Below the pieces are notes generated by a model. It did not search any database. It saw nothing but the letters and a program-made list of their open reading frames with translations, and had not been told where the DNA came from. A DNA stretch of 64,000 bases from Pseudomonadota bacterium (GTDB taxonomy: Bacteria; Pseudomonadota; Alphaproteobacteria; Rhizobiales; Amorphaceae): positions 91,289 to 155,288 of the forward strand of contig JBCCBM010000007.1 in the NCBI GenBank assembly GCA_039034015.1, given 5' to 3'. Position numbers and translations under genes: made by a program. Positions 39,044-48,454 of this stretch are shown here, one piece after another. Within the stretch, counting starts at the first letter, position 1. Each line of letters opens with the position of its first letter.

Positions 39044-41122
39044 GTGAGTAGACGCGCAGGCCGCCCCGCGGCGCCAAAACCCCTGCGCGCCGGGCCCCCG
39101 CCCAAGCGCCGCGCCCCCCAAAAACGGCGAAAGGCCGCGCCGAAAAAGCGCCGGTTTCGCCTCGCCCGATTCCTTTGGCGCAGCACCGTTGCGCTCACGC
39201 TGACGGGCCTTGTGGGCCTTACCGCCATCATCGCCTACTACGCCGCCACCATGCCCCCCATCGCCGAATGGGCCGTCCCCGCGCGCCCGCCCAACGTCGC
39301 GATTTTGTCCGAGCGGGGCCGCCTCATCGCCAACCGGGGCGACACGGGGGGCCGCGCCGTGACGCTCGCCGCGCTGCCCGATCATGTGCCCGAAGCGGTG
39401 ATCGCCATTGAGGATCGCCGGTTTTACAGCCACCCGGGCATCGACCCCATCGGCCTTGCGCGCGCGGTGATGGCCAACTTGCGCGCCGGCCGCCGTGTCC
39501 AAGGCGGGTCAACGTTGACGCAGCAGCTTGCGAAAAACCTCTTTCTCGACCCCTCGCGCACATTGGAGCGAAAAATCCAAGAGATGATCTTGGCCGTCTG
39601 GCTGGAAATCCAGTACGACAAGGGCGAGATCTTAGAAATGTACTTGAACCGCGTTTACCTCGGCGCGGGGGCAACGGGGGTGGACGGTGCCGCCCGCCGC
39701 TATTTTGATAAGCCCGCCGAAGATCTTTCCATCGCCGAGGCCGCCCTCATTGCGGGCCTTTTGAAGGCGCCCAGCGTCTATGCCCCCACCGTTGACGAGG
39801 CGCGCGCCAACGCCCGCGCCGCCACCGTCCTTGCCGCCATGCGCGAGGAAGGCTTCATCTCCGCCGGCGAACATCGCGCGGCGCGCGACACCCCCGCAAC
39901 GCTGAAAACCCCGGCGGTCGCAGCCTCAGGCGGCTATATTGCCGATTGGGTGGCTGATGTCCTGCCCGAACTCTCCGGCTCGGTGCGCGCCGATGTGATT
40001 GTGGAAACCTCCATCGACCTTGAACTTCAGGATCTTGCGGAGGAGGCGCTGGAGGCGCTGCTCGCCAAAGAGGGGGCGGAAAAGGGTGCTTCGCAGGGCG
40101 CTGTGGTGGTTTTGGATGCGGCGGGCGCCGTCAAAGCGCTGGTGGGCGGCCGGTCGTACGCGCAAAGCCAGTTCAACCGCGCCGTGGAGGCGGTGCGCCA
40201 GCCCGGCAGCGCGTTCAAGCCGTTCGTCTATCTCGCCGCGCTGGAAGACGGCTTGTCGGAGCAGACGATGCGCATCGACGGGCCAACCCGCATTGGCAAT
40301 TGGACCCCGCAAAACTACACCCGGCAGTATTATGGGCCAGTATCGCTGACGCGGGCACTTGCCCTGTCGCTCAACACCATTGCCGCGCAACTCACCAACG
40401 AGGTGGGGGCGCAGACGGTGGCACGGACGGCCGCGCGCATGGGCGTGCGCTCCCCGCTCAAGGCCAACGGGTCGCTCGCGCTTGGCACATCCGAGGTCAC
40501 GCTGCTTGAGCTTGCGACCGCCTACGTGCCTTTTTCCAATGGCGGGGTTGGGGTGGTGCCCCATGTGGTGCGCCGCATTCGCACGGTGGACGGCGCGCTC
40601 CTTTATGAGCGGCAGGTGGAGACGGCCGGCACCGTTGCCGCGCTTGACGATGTGGGCGCGATGAACCGCATGCTGACCACAGTGCTGGAGACCGGCACCG
40701 GCCAGCGCGCGCGCCTCAAGGGCTGGCAGGCCGCCGGGAAGACTGGCACCAGCCAAAATTGGCGGGACGCTTGGTTTGTGGGCTACACGGCGTTTTTCAC
40801 CGCCGGCGTGTGGCTTGGCAACGATGACAACGCGCCCACAAAGCGCGCCACCGGCGGCACACTGCCCGCGCTGTTGTGGACGCGGCTGATGGAAAAGGTG
40901 CACCGGGGTATGGTGCCTGCGGGCTTGCCGGGGGTTGAGCGTGCGCCGCGTGCGGTGGTCCCGGCCGACATTCCGCCTGACGATCCGTGGAATGCGCCGC
41001 GCACCGTGTCCGCCGGCCCCACGGTTTCTGCGCGTGATGGCGTGCCCGGCGCGCGCTCCCCCCGGGAGTGGACCGCCCCATCCGAGCGCCGCGGGTTTTT
41101 CGAGCGGCTCTTTGGGGGGTGA
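39044..41122 (+). CDS. class A penicillin-binding protein (transglycosylase/transpeptidase)
   Basis: GTG start with GGAG RBS, basic N-terminus plus [38 protein letters not shown]. Confidence 0.93.
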   Translation: MSRRAGRPAAPKPLRAGPPPKRRAPQKRRKAAPKKRRFRLARFLWRSTVALTLTGLVGLTAIIAYYAATMPPIAEWAVPARPPNVAILSERGRLIANRGDTGGRAVTLAALPDHVPEAVIAIEDRRFYSHPGIDPIGLARAVMANLRAGRRVQGGSTLTQQLAKNLFLDPSRTLERKIQEMILAVWLEIQYDKGEILEMYLNRVYLGAGATGVDGAARRYFDKPAEDLSIAEAALIAGLLKAPSVYAPTVDEARANARAATVLAAMREEGFISAGEHRAARDTPATLKTPAVAASGGYIADWVADVLPELSGSVRADVIVETSIDLELQDLAEEALEALLAKEGAEKGASQGAVVVLDAAGAVKALVGGRSYAQSQFNRAVEAVRQPGSAFKPFVYLAALEDGLSEQTMRIDGPTRIGNWTPQNYTRQYYGPVSLTRALALSLNTIAAQLTNEVGAQTVARTAARMGVRSPLKANGSLALGTSEVTLLELATAYVPFSNGGVGVVPHVVRRIRTVDGALLYERQVETAGTVAALDDVGAMNRMLTTVLETGTGQRARLKGWQAAGKTGTSQNWRDAWFVGYTAFFTAGVWLGNDDNAPTKRATGGTLPALLWTRLMEKVHRGMVPAGLPGVERAPRAVVPADIPPDDPWNAPRTVSAGPTVSARDGVPGARSPREWTAPSERRGFFERLFGG

Positions 41123-41185
41123 TGCTTGCCGCTTGGCGGGGGGTGGCGTACCCTTCAACCACATTTTCAATTAAGTGTGGTTCAA

Positions 41186-42133
41186 ATGAAAACACGAATT
41201 TGGTTTCAGAGATTTGCAATTCGCCTTGCTGTCATAGTGTCCGTATTGATGGCGGTTTGGTATTTTTTGCCGCTTACAATGGTCAGTGCTTCAAGTGTCA
41301 AAGGCTTTATTGTAGACATATTTTCATCGGAGAAAGGCGATGAATCGCTGTTCGACGCCAATATCCAAGCGGTGCGCGATAGTGCGCGGTTCAAAGCAAT
41401 GTCGAAGGAGGAGCAGCAAGAGTTCGACGACATGGTTGACGAGCTCGAGGAAGCCAAGGGTTCAGCGCCTGAGAAGAAGCTGTGGTCGGCCGAGCTCAGA
41501 AGCGTCGCAGAGATGCGCTTCGATTACCTTGATTTTTGCTTCAAGCGTAATCTCAAGCAGGTTTTTGATGAGGGGCGGCTTGATCGCCTACGTGCGTGCG
41601 GCCGCTACTATGTTGAGAACCTCGAGAACCCGAGTAAAATCTACTACATCCGCCGCGCGATCGACGATCAGCGGGACAACCTGAGGGCCGTCCTGCCCGA
41701 ATTGCGAGACCGACACACTTACAATGTTACATTCCCGGTCGCGTTGGCAATCGTGAGCTGGCTCCTCCTATTCACCTTCGCAAGACTGGCAATCGCAATC
41801 CCTTCTGCGATCGCAATTTTGTTGGTCTCAACAATCACACTGGGCGCCTTTGGCCGCGCCGAGCAGCTCCAAGCGGTCAACACCGCCGTGACACGCCTCC
41901 ATGTGTTGAAGGTGGAGGTGGACGGCGCCGTCATCCGCACCGTGGGGCGCACCTCAAAAGAGCCCGGTCTTTGGGCAAGCGACACGTCTCGAGAGAAAGT
42001 AACGTTCCCCAAAGAGCTCTCGGCAGAATATATGGAGCGGTTTCGCGAAATCATCGATGACCTTGCCACTGGCGCATCGGCAGGCATCAAAGGCCCGAAT
42101 TACGAGGGCGTCGTGCCTATAAAATTCCAGTAG
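41186..42133 (+). CDS. low-GC membrane protein with an N-terminal TM and a SLATT-like 2TM/helical C-terminal half
   Basis: 315-aa ORF with atypical composition. TM hairpin FPVALAIVSWLLLFTF/LAIAIPSAIAILLVSTITL followed by amphipathic helices. The family call is by eye. Confidence 0.75.
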   Translation: MKTRIWFQRFAIRLAVIVSVLMAVWYFLPLTMVSASSVKGFIVDIFSSEKGDESLFDANIQAVRDSARFKAMSKEEQQEFDDMVDELEEAKGSAPEKKLWSAELRSVAEMRFDYLDFCFKRNLKQVFDEGRLDRLRACGRYYVENLENPSKIYYIRRAIDDQRDNLRAVLPELRDRHTYNVTFPVALAIVSWLLLFTFARLAIAIPSAIAILLVSTITLGAFGRAEQLQAVNTAVTRLHVLKVEVDGAVIRTVGRTSKEPGLWASDTSREKVTFPKELSAEYMERFREIIDDLATGASAGIKGPNYEGVVPIKFQ

Positions 42134-42199
42134 CGGGCACGTCAGCCTCGGGCAGGGGGCTCGTCGTACTCTCGTCGGCGTCGACCATAGAGATGTGCG

Positions 42200-42718
42200 A
42201 TGCCGCCCTTAGAACGAGATCCACAACCGCCGGTGCGGCTCACCCCGCTCCTCACCAATCTGGCCCGCAGCGCCACCGCCGCGGGCTACATGGATGTTGC
42301 CGATTGGGCCAACTCCGAGCGCCAGGGCTATCGCTCGGACGTGCCGGTGTATCGCCGGGTGACGGGCGTCCCCATGGGGTTTAGCCCCATGAAGGGCTGG
42401 GTGCCGCTATTTGTGGAAAACAAAGCGCTCCTGCGCGAGGTGGGCGCCCACGGCCTGCGCCAGTCCATCGGCCACATCGAAAATGCCATCGCCAACTCCG
42501 ACAGCGGCAAGGCTTACGTCCACTACACGTCCGAAGAGATCGGCCTCATCAACATTGCCGCCGGCACGCGCTTTGCGCAAATGGCCTCCGCCATCGACAT
42601 TGGCGCGCTGCAGCGCATCGTCACCTCCGTCACCAGCCTTGCGCGCCAATGGTCCCACCAAATCCACGCGCGCACACCGCCGACCCCGCCAAAAGACCCG
42701 CCCACCATCGCCGCTTGA
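42200..42718 (+). CDS. stand-alone AbiTii-like domain protein
   Basis: LL..LA..A..AG...VADWANSERQGY..DVPVYRRVTG..MGFSPMKGWVP...RQSIGHIEN...IV..V......W fits the AbiTii pattern W..NEL.GY...VP.YR...G....FNP..GW.P...RQSI.EIE. Confidence 0.75.
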   Translation: MPPLERDPQPPVRLTPLLTNLARSATAAGYMDVADWANSERQGYRSDVPVYRRVTGVPMGFSPMKGWVPLFVENKALLREVGAHGLRQSIGHIENAIANSDSGKAYVHYTSEEIGLINIAAGTRFAQMASAIDIGALQRIVTSVTSLARQWSHQIHARTPPTPPKDPPTIAA

Positions 42719-42749
42719 CGCACCGCCGCCGCCGCGCCAAACGCGGGGC

Positions 42750-43115
42750 ATGACGATCGCCGACGTCACCTACCTCGTGCCGCGTTTTGAAGCGGGCGCC
42801 GCCTTCCTCACCGATGTGCTCGCCTACCGCGACCTCACCCGCGAGCCCGCCTGGCCCGTCTTTGCCCCCACACGCCACGCCGGCGCCACCCTGCGCCTTG
42901 CGGAGCCAAAGCCGGGCGAGGCGGCCGCCATCGGCCGGCAGGCGGGCTCACGCGTTTTCCTCTTTCTGCGCGTTGCGGACATGGCGGCCGAGTGCGCAGC
43001 CCTTGCCCGCGCGGGCCACCCCATCGAAGAACCCCTGCGACACGAACCTTATGGCGCCATCGTCGTGATCCGCGACCCGTTCGGCAACCGGTGGGACATT
43101 ATCGAACCCGCCTGA
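42750..43115 (+). CDS. VOC/glyoxalase-family protein
   Basis: GRQAGSRVFLFLRVAD, RHEPYG.IVVIRDPFGNRWDIIEP. Confidence 0.85.
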   Translation: MTIADVTYLVPRFEAGAAFLTDVLAYRDLTREPAWPVFAPTRHAGATLRLAEPKPGEAAAIGRQAGSRVFLFLRVADMAAECAALARAGHPIEEPLRHEPYGAIVVIRDPFGNRWDIIEPA

Positions 43116-43158
43116 CAGCGCTTGGCGCGGCGGCCAAGGGCGCATAACCTTCGATGCA

Positions 43159-43917
43159 ATGAATGCATCGCTCCCCCCCTTCACCCTCACCGGCCGCGCG
43201 TTGGTGACCGGCGCCAGCCGCGGCATCGGCCAGGCCCTCGCGCTCGCCGTTGCCGAGGCGGGCGCCGATCTCATCCTCACCGCCCGCTCGGCGGATGCGC
43301 TGCGGGGCACCGCCGCCGCCGTCACCGCGATGGGCCGCGCGTGCCACACCGTCCCCCTCGACCTTGCCGCCCCCGGCGCCGCCGAGCGCCTGTTTGCGGG
43401 CCTTTCGGCGGAGGGCCTGTCGCCCACACTCCTCATCAACAACGCCGGCACGGAGGACGTTGCCCCCTCAAAAGATGTCACCGAGGCGCAGTGGGACCGC
43501 ATTGTCGGCACCAACCTCAAGGCCGCCTTCTTTGTGGCGACTGCGTTTGCCCGCCAGACCGAGCGTGGCGCGATCCTCAACCTCGGCTCCCTCACCAGCG
43601 CCGTGGGGATCCCGACCGCGGTGCCCTACACTGCCTCAAAGTCAGGCATTTTGGGCATGACGCGGGCGCTTGCCGCCGAGTGGGCGCCCAACATCCGCGT
43701 CAACGCCCTTGGCCCCGGCTACTTTCGCACCGCCATGACCGAAGGCTTTTATGCCGATGCCGCCTGGGCGGACGCCATGCTCGGCAAAATCCCCATGGCC
43801 CGCTTTGGCGCCATGGAGGACCTCACGGGCCCAGCCGTCTTCCTCCTCTCCGATGCCGCCCGCTACATCACCGGCCAAATCCTTTATGTGGACGGTGGGA
43901 CGCTGGCCGCGCTCTGA
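43159..43917 (+). CDS. short-chain dehydrogenase/reductase
   Basis: ALVTGASRGIG, LINNAG, YTASK, RVNALGPG, YITGQILYVDGG. Confidence 0.93.
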   Translation: MNASLPPFTLTGRALVTGASRGIGQALALAVAEAGADLILTARSADALRGTAAAVTAMGRACHTVPLDLAAPGAAERLFAGLSAEGLSPTLLINNAGTEDVAPSKDVTEAQWDRIVGTNLKAAFFVATAFARQTERGAILNLGSLTSAVGIPTAVPYTASKSGILGMTRALAAEWAPNIRVNALGPGYFRTAMTEGFYADAAWADAMLGKIPMARFGAMEDLTGPAVFLLSDAARYITGQILYVDGGTLAAL

Positions 43918-43950
43918 ACGCTGGCGGCAAACTTGCATCTCAAAACAGCG

Positions 43951-45027
43951 ATGACTGCGCCCGATCCTTCCACCGCCATGGTCGCCCTTGAGGGCGTCAC
44001 AAAACGCTTTGGCGCCACAACCGCCGTGGATGGCGCCTCGTTCACCCTGGAGGCGGGCGCGTTTTTGACCATCGTCGGCCCGTCCGGCTGCGGGAAGACG
44101 ACGCTGCTCCGCATGATTGCAGGCTTCGAGCGGCCGACGGAGGGCCGCATCGCGCTGGCGGGTCAGGATGTCTCCAAAACGCCCGCCCATGCCCGCGCGG
44201 TGGGCATGGTGTTCCAAAAGCTGGCGCTCTTCCCGCACATGACGGCGGCGGACAACATTGCCTATCCGCTCCGCCGGCGCGGCACGCCAAAGGCCGAGAT
44301 TGCCGCGCGGGTGGATGAAATGTTGGCGCTGGTGCGCCTCCCCGGCCTTGGCGCCCGCCGCCCGCATGAGCTTTCGGGCGGGCAGCAGCAGCGGGTTGCG
44401 ATTGCGCGCGCGCTGTCGTTCCGCCCCAACCTTTTGCTGCTGGATGAGCCGCTGTCGGCGCTCGACAAAAAGCTGCGTGAGGACATGCAGCTGGAATTTC
44501 GCCGCATCCAGCAAGAGCTTGGCGTCACCACCATCAACGTCACCCACGACCAGCGGGAGGCGCTGGTGATGTCGGACCGCATCGTGGTGATGAACGAGGG
44601 CCGCATCCAACAAACCGCGACGCCGCAAACGCTTTATGGCGCACCCCAAAACCCATTTGTGGCGACCTTCATCGGCCTCACAACGATGTTCCCTGGAACG
44701 GTGCGCACGGGCGACCCGCTCACGGTTGATGCAGGCAGCCTCACCCTCCGCGCGCGGGGCGATGGGGCGCCGGGCGCTGCGGTCGACTGCGCGATCCGGG
44801 CCGAGCATGTGACGGTCTCCGAAACGCCGCTTACGGCGGACAACGCCCTTACCGGGACCGTCACCGATGCTGTCTTTGAGGGGGAGCGGTCGACGCTCAT
44901 TGTGGCCGTTTCAGGCCTTCCCCCGCTTTCCGCCTTCCACCACGGACCGCCGCCCGCGCCGGGCACGGCGGTCCACGTGGGGTTTGACGCCAAACATCTT
45001 CTCACCTTTGCGAAGGAGACACCATGA
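43951..45027 (+). CDS. ABC ATP-binding protein, PotA-like
   Basis: GPSGCGKTT, LSGGQQQRVAIARAL, LLLDEPLSALD, C-terminal TOBE. Confidence 0.95.
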   Translation: MTAPDPSTAMVALEGVTKRFGATTAVDGASFTLEAGAFLTIVGPSGCGKTTLLRMIAGFERPTEGRIALAGQDVSKTPAHARAVGMVFQKLALFPHMTAADNIAYPLRRRGTPKAEIAARVDEMLALVRLPGLGARRPHELSGGQQQRVAIARALSFRPNLLLLDEPLSALDKKLREDMQLEFRRIQQELGVTTINVTHDQREALVMSDRIVVMNEGRIQQTATPQTLYGAPQNPFVATFIGLTTMFPGTVRTGDPLTVDAGSLTLRARGDGAPGAAVDCAIRAEHVTVSETPLTADNALTGTVTDAVFEGERSTLIVAVSGLPPLSAFHHGPPPAPGTAVHVGFDAKHLLTFAKETP

Positions 45028-46103
45028 AGCTCACCCGCCGCACCCTGTTGCGCACCACGGCCGCTGGCGCGGGCGTTTTGGCCATGCCCGCCGTCCTGCG
45101 GGCGCAAGAGCCTGAAAAACCATCTGAAATCATTGTCCGCGCCTGGGGTGGCGCCTGGGGCGATGCGCTGAAAGCGGGCGTTGCGGACCCCTTCACCGCC
45201 GCGACCGGCATCCCCGTCCGGCTCGATTTCACCGAAGACAATGAGATCAAGCCAAAGATTTGGGCCGCCGTTGACCAAGGCCGCGTGCCGCCCATTCACG
45301 TCAACTGGGACACGTCCACCAACGCCACCATCTCCGCCCTGCGCGGCGCGTGCGTGGACCTTTCGGACCTTTCCAACCTTGAAGGTCTGTTGCCGCTCCA
45401 CAAGCCGGTGGGCCTTGAGGGCTACCCCCTCGTCAACACCTACGCCTACGTTTACGTCTGCGCGTACCGGCCCGAAGCCTTCCCCGATGGCGCGCCGGAC
45501 AGCTGGTCGGTGCTGATTGACGAAAAGTTCAAAGGCCGCATCGCGCTTTATGATGATGGCATCGGCTTCAACCCCATCGCCGTGATTGCCGGCGGCGGCA
45601 CCTTTGACGACATCCCCGGCAACATGGAGCCTGGGTACGAGTTCTATCGAAAGCTGAAGGCCAACGAGCCGCTGCTCGGCGAAGACCCCGACTTCACCTC
45701 ATGGTTCCAAAACGGCGAGATCGATGTGGCGTGCACCATCTCGGTGAACGCCCGCGCCGCGCGCACATCTGGCATCAACGTCGAGTGGACCGTGCCCAAA
45801 GAGGGCTGCAAGGTCGACACCGACGGCCTTTGGATCCCCAAAGGGCTGCCAGCCAACGAAGAGTATTGGGCGAAAGAATTCATCAACCTTGCCCTCACCG
45901 AAGACGTCCAAAAGAATTGGTGTGGCCAGCTGGGCCTCCCGCCGGTCTTCCCGGGCATTGAGCCCCCCGCCGATCTTGTGGGCGACCCGTCCTACCCGAC
46001 GTCGCCGGAAGATTTTGCCGCGCTCGTCTCGGTGCCGACACCCATCTTGGTGGAGAACCAGCCGTTGTGGTTCGCCAAATTCTCGGAAATTTTCCAGGGC
46101 TAA
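45024..46103 (+). CDS. ABC substrate-binding protein, PotD/PotF-like, Tat signal
   Basis: TRRTLL Tat motif, WGGAWGD, PDSWSVL.D.KFKGRIAL, VPKEG. ATGA overlap with the ATPase gene. Confidence 0.9.
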   Translation: MKLTRRTLLRTTAAGAGVLAMPAVLRAQEPEKPSEIIVRAWGGAWGDALKAGVADPFTAATGIPVRLDFTEDNEIKPKIWAAVDQGRVPPIHVNWDTSTNATISALRGACVDLSDLSNLEGLLPLHKPVGLEGYPLVNTYAYVYVCAYRPEAFPDGAPDSWSVLIDEKFKGRIALYDDGIGFNPIAVIAGGGTFDDIPGNMEPGYEFYRKLKANEPLLGEDPDFTSWFQNGEIDVACTISVNARAARTSGINVEWTVPKEGCKVDTDGLWIPKGLPANEEYWAKEFINLALTEDVQKNWCGQLGLPPVFPGIEPPADLVGDPSYPTSPEDFAALVSVPTPILVENQPLWFAKFSEIFQG

Positions 46104-46108
46104 TACGC

Positions 46109-46142
46109 GGGGGCCGGGCGGTGCTTGCGCCGCCCGGCCCCT
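46109..46142 (+). promoter_or_regulatory. intra-operon stem-loop after the SBP gene
   Basis: Perfect 13-bp stem gggggccgggcgg/ccgcccggccccc with an 8-nt loop and only a short U-tract. Typical of elements that stabilise the SBP part of ABC mRNAs. Confidence 0.7.
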
Positions 46143-46167
46143 TCAATTGACCGCGGGAGGCAGGGCC

Positions 46168-47022
46168 ATGAAACGCACCACCGGCTGGCTTCTCCTCACC
46201 CCTGCGCTGGCGCTGACGGGCATTCTCCTCATCGGCCTTGGGTGGATGCTGGAACTGTCGCTCCACACCCTCAACATTGCCACCTACCGCCTCAACCCCG
46301 AATACACGGTCGAGAATTACGCAACGATCCTGTCCCGCCCCGTGACGTGGACGGTGATGGCGCGCACCCTCGGCGGTGCCGCGCTGGTGACGCTCGCGAC
46401 CCTCATCCTCGCGATCCCCTACGCCTACTTGCTCGTGCGCACCCCGTCCGCCTTCACGCGAAAGGCGCTTTTGATCGCGCTCTTCCTGCCGTTTTTCATC
46501 GGCCAGGTGGTGCGCGCCTATGGCTGGCTCATCATCCTCGGGCGCGAGGGGCTCGCCAATGACATCATCACGGGGCTGGGGTTGCCACCCCAGGACCTCT
46601 TGTTCAACTACGGCACCGTGGTCTTCGGTCTTGTCCAATACATGCTCCCCTTCGCCGTCCTCTTGTTGGTGCCGGCGTTGTCGGCCATCCCGGAGGATGT
46701 GGAGCGTGCGTCTGAGGGGCTCGGCGCGGGCTGGCCGCAAACCTTTTGGTTCGTGCTCATCCCCATGGCGGGGCCAGGCTTGATTGGCGCGTCGGTGGTG
46801 GTCTTCACGCTGACGGTGACAGACTTTGCCATGCCCGAAATTTTGGGCGGCGGCACGCAAGACTTCTTTGCATCCCTGATTTACGACGCGTTCTTCCAGA
46901 TTTCCAACGCGGGTCTTGGGGCAGCGCTTGCCCTGTTGTTGACGGCGGTGGGCAGCCTCATCGTGGCGGTCATCTTCGCCCTCGCGGGGACGGGGACGCT
47001 CGGCTTCCGCAGCGCGCGCTGA
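46168..47022 (+). CDS. ABC permease, PotB-like
   Basis: GGAGG RBS, LFLPFFIGQVVRAYGW, EAA-like RASEGLGA, PEILGGG. Confidence 0.93.
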   Translation: MKRTTGWLLLTPALALTGILLIGLGWMLELSLHTLNIATYRLNPEYTVENYATILSRPVTWTVMARTLGGAALVTLATLILAIPYAYLLVRTPSAFTRKALLIALFLPFFIGQVVRAYGWLIILGREGLANDIITGLGLPPQDLLFNYGTVVFGLVQYMLPFAVLLLVPALSAIPEDVERASEGLGAGWPQTFWFVLIPMAGPGLIGASVVVFTLTVTDFAMPEILGGGTQDFFASLIYDAFFQISNAGLGAALALLLTAVGSLIVAVIFALAGTGTLGFRSAR

Positions 47023-47035
47023 GCCCGACTTGGCG

Positions 47036-48340
47036 TCACGCGGCCTGTGGGGGCGCGGATGACACATCCCGCCCCTGGTGGCCAAAGCGTTTGGCAACGG
47101 TTTTGATTGGCATTGGCCCGGCATCGGTCCAGGTGACGTCGCGCGCCGCGCGGGCCGGTCCTGGCCGGGCGATATAGTAGCCCTGGGCAAGGGCGACACC
47201 GGCGCCCTTCAGCGCTGCCAACTCGTCGGCGGTCTCCACCCCTTCGGCAATCAAGTCCGCCCCAACCCCTTGGGAAAACTGCACCATCGCCGTCATCAGC
47301 GAGTGGCGGGCCGGGTCATGGTCGAGCCCGCGCACCAGTGACATGTCGGCTTTGATGATGTCCGGCGACAGCTGGAGGGTGTGGTTAAGGCTGGCATAGC
47401 CACCGCCCACATCGTCCACCGCAAGGCGCAGGCCCGCCGCCCGCAGCGGATGGAGCGCCGCCTCAAGCCCGGCATAATCGCGCACCGCGCAATGCTCGGT
47501 GACCTCCAAAATGACGCGCTCCAGCGGGGCGCCGGCCAACACCTCGGCCAGGCGCTTGTCGGTGGCCAAGGCGGGCGACATGTTGAGGCTCACCGCCACC
47601 CCCCGGTCAAAGGGTGCAGCTTTCAGCGCAGTCTTGATGGCGTGAATTTCCAAGGTGTTGCGCATGCCGACCGTCTCCGCGTCCGACAGCCACACCGGCG
47701 GTGCGCGATACTCGCCATCGTCAAAGCGGGACAGGGCCTCCATGGCGAACATGCGCCCTGTGGCAATGTTGACGATGGGTTGGAACACCGGCCGCACCCG
47801 GCCCCCGGTCAACACCCGCTCAATGCGCAGCGCCCGTTCGCGGTGGTTGCGCTCGGCCAAAAGCTCCCGCCGCAGCTCCACCGCCGCCACATCCGCAAAG
47901 GCCTCCATCACCCGTTGATCGCGTGGGGAGAGGGTGTGGTTCGGATCGTTGGAGTAGCAACAAAACATGCCGTAGGCCGTGCCGTTCTCATCCAGCAACG
48001 GCACCGAAATGTGGGCGCCGACGTCCAGCGCGTGGACCGCGTCAAACGTGGTGGCAAACGGGTCCTTTCGCGCATCGGGCAGGATGGGCGCCAGGTTGCC
48101 GGACGCGGTGTGATAGCAAAGCGTGCAGTCCTTCGGCATTTTGAGGCCGACGGGGCCAAGCTCGCAGCCCTCCTGCGCGTCGACCGCCAACAGCTCCCAC
48201 GTGTCACCCGAAAGGTCGGAAATATAGGCGACATCCATCCCAAGGTGTTCGCGCACGGTGCGCAGCGCACGGTTGACGGTCGTGCGCGGCGCCGCGTCCT
48301 CCATGGTCAGAAGGCCAGACAGGTTCGACCGTTTTGTCAT
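47036..48340 (-). CDS. GAF-EAL c-di-GMP phosphodiesterase
   Basis: GGAGG RBS. GAF (VREHLGMDVAYI, YGMFCC) plus EAL (FQPIV, EALSRF, LNMSP, LEVTE, DDVGGGYAS, IKAD, AEGVET, QGYYIARP). Confidence 0.93.
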   Translation of the reverse strand: MTKRSNLSGLLTMEDAAPRTTVNRALRTVREHLGMDVAYISDLSGDTWELLAVDAQEGCELGPVGLKMPKDCTLCYHTASGNLAPILPDARKDPFATTFDAVHALDVGAHISVPLLDENGTAYGMFCCYSNDPNHTLSPRDQRVMEAFADVAAVELRRELLAERNHRERALRIERVLTGGRVRPVFQPIVNIATGRMFAMEALSRFDDGEYRAPPVWLSDAETVGMRNTLEIHAIKTALKAAPFDRGVAVSLNMSPALATDKRLAEVLAGAPLERVILEVTEHCAVRDYAGLEAALHPLRAAGLRLAVDDVGGGYASLNHTLQLSPDIIKADMSLVRGLDHDPARHSLMTAMVQFSQGVGADLIAEGVETADELAALKGAGVALAQGYYIARPGPARAARDVTWTDAGPMPIKTVAKRFGHQGRDVSSAPPQAA

Positions 48341-48454
48341 GATGCCCTCCGCCGCGTGGTCGCTCGGGCTAGGAGTTAGATCAGTCAACTTGTCGCAAGC
48401 TGGCGCGATGGGTTCCATGCCGTTACCGTTGAGCCGTCGTTGCACGAGGCGCGC

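Noticed and set aside
41171-41185. TTAA-N7-TCAA CtrA-like box before the low-GC gene
   Set aside because: One mismatch in very AT-rich, probably foreign DNA is likely by chance.
41120-42200. Mobile-element boundaries around the low-GC gene
   Set aside because: I could not see direct repeats, terminal inverted repeats, an integrase or a tRNA, so no mobile_element call was made.
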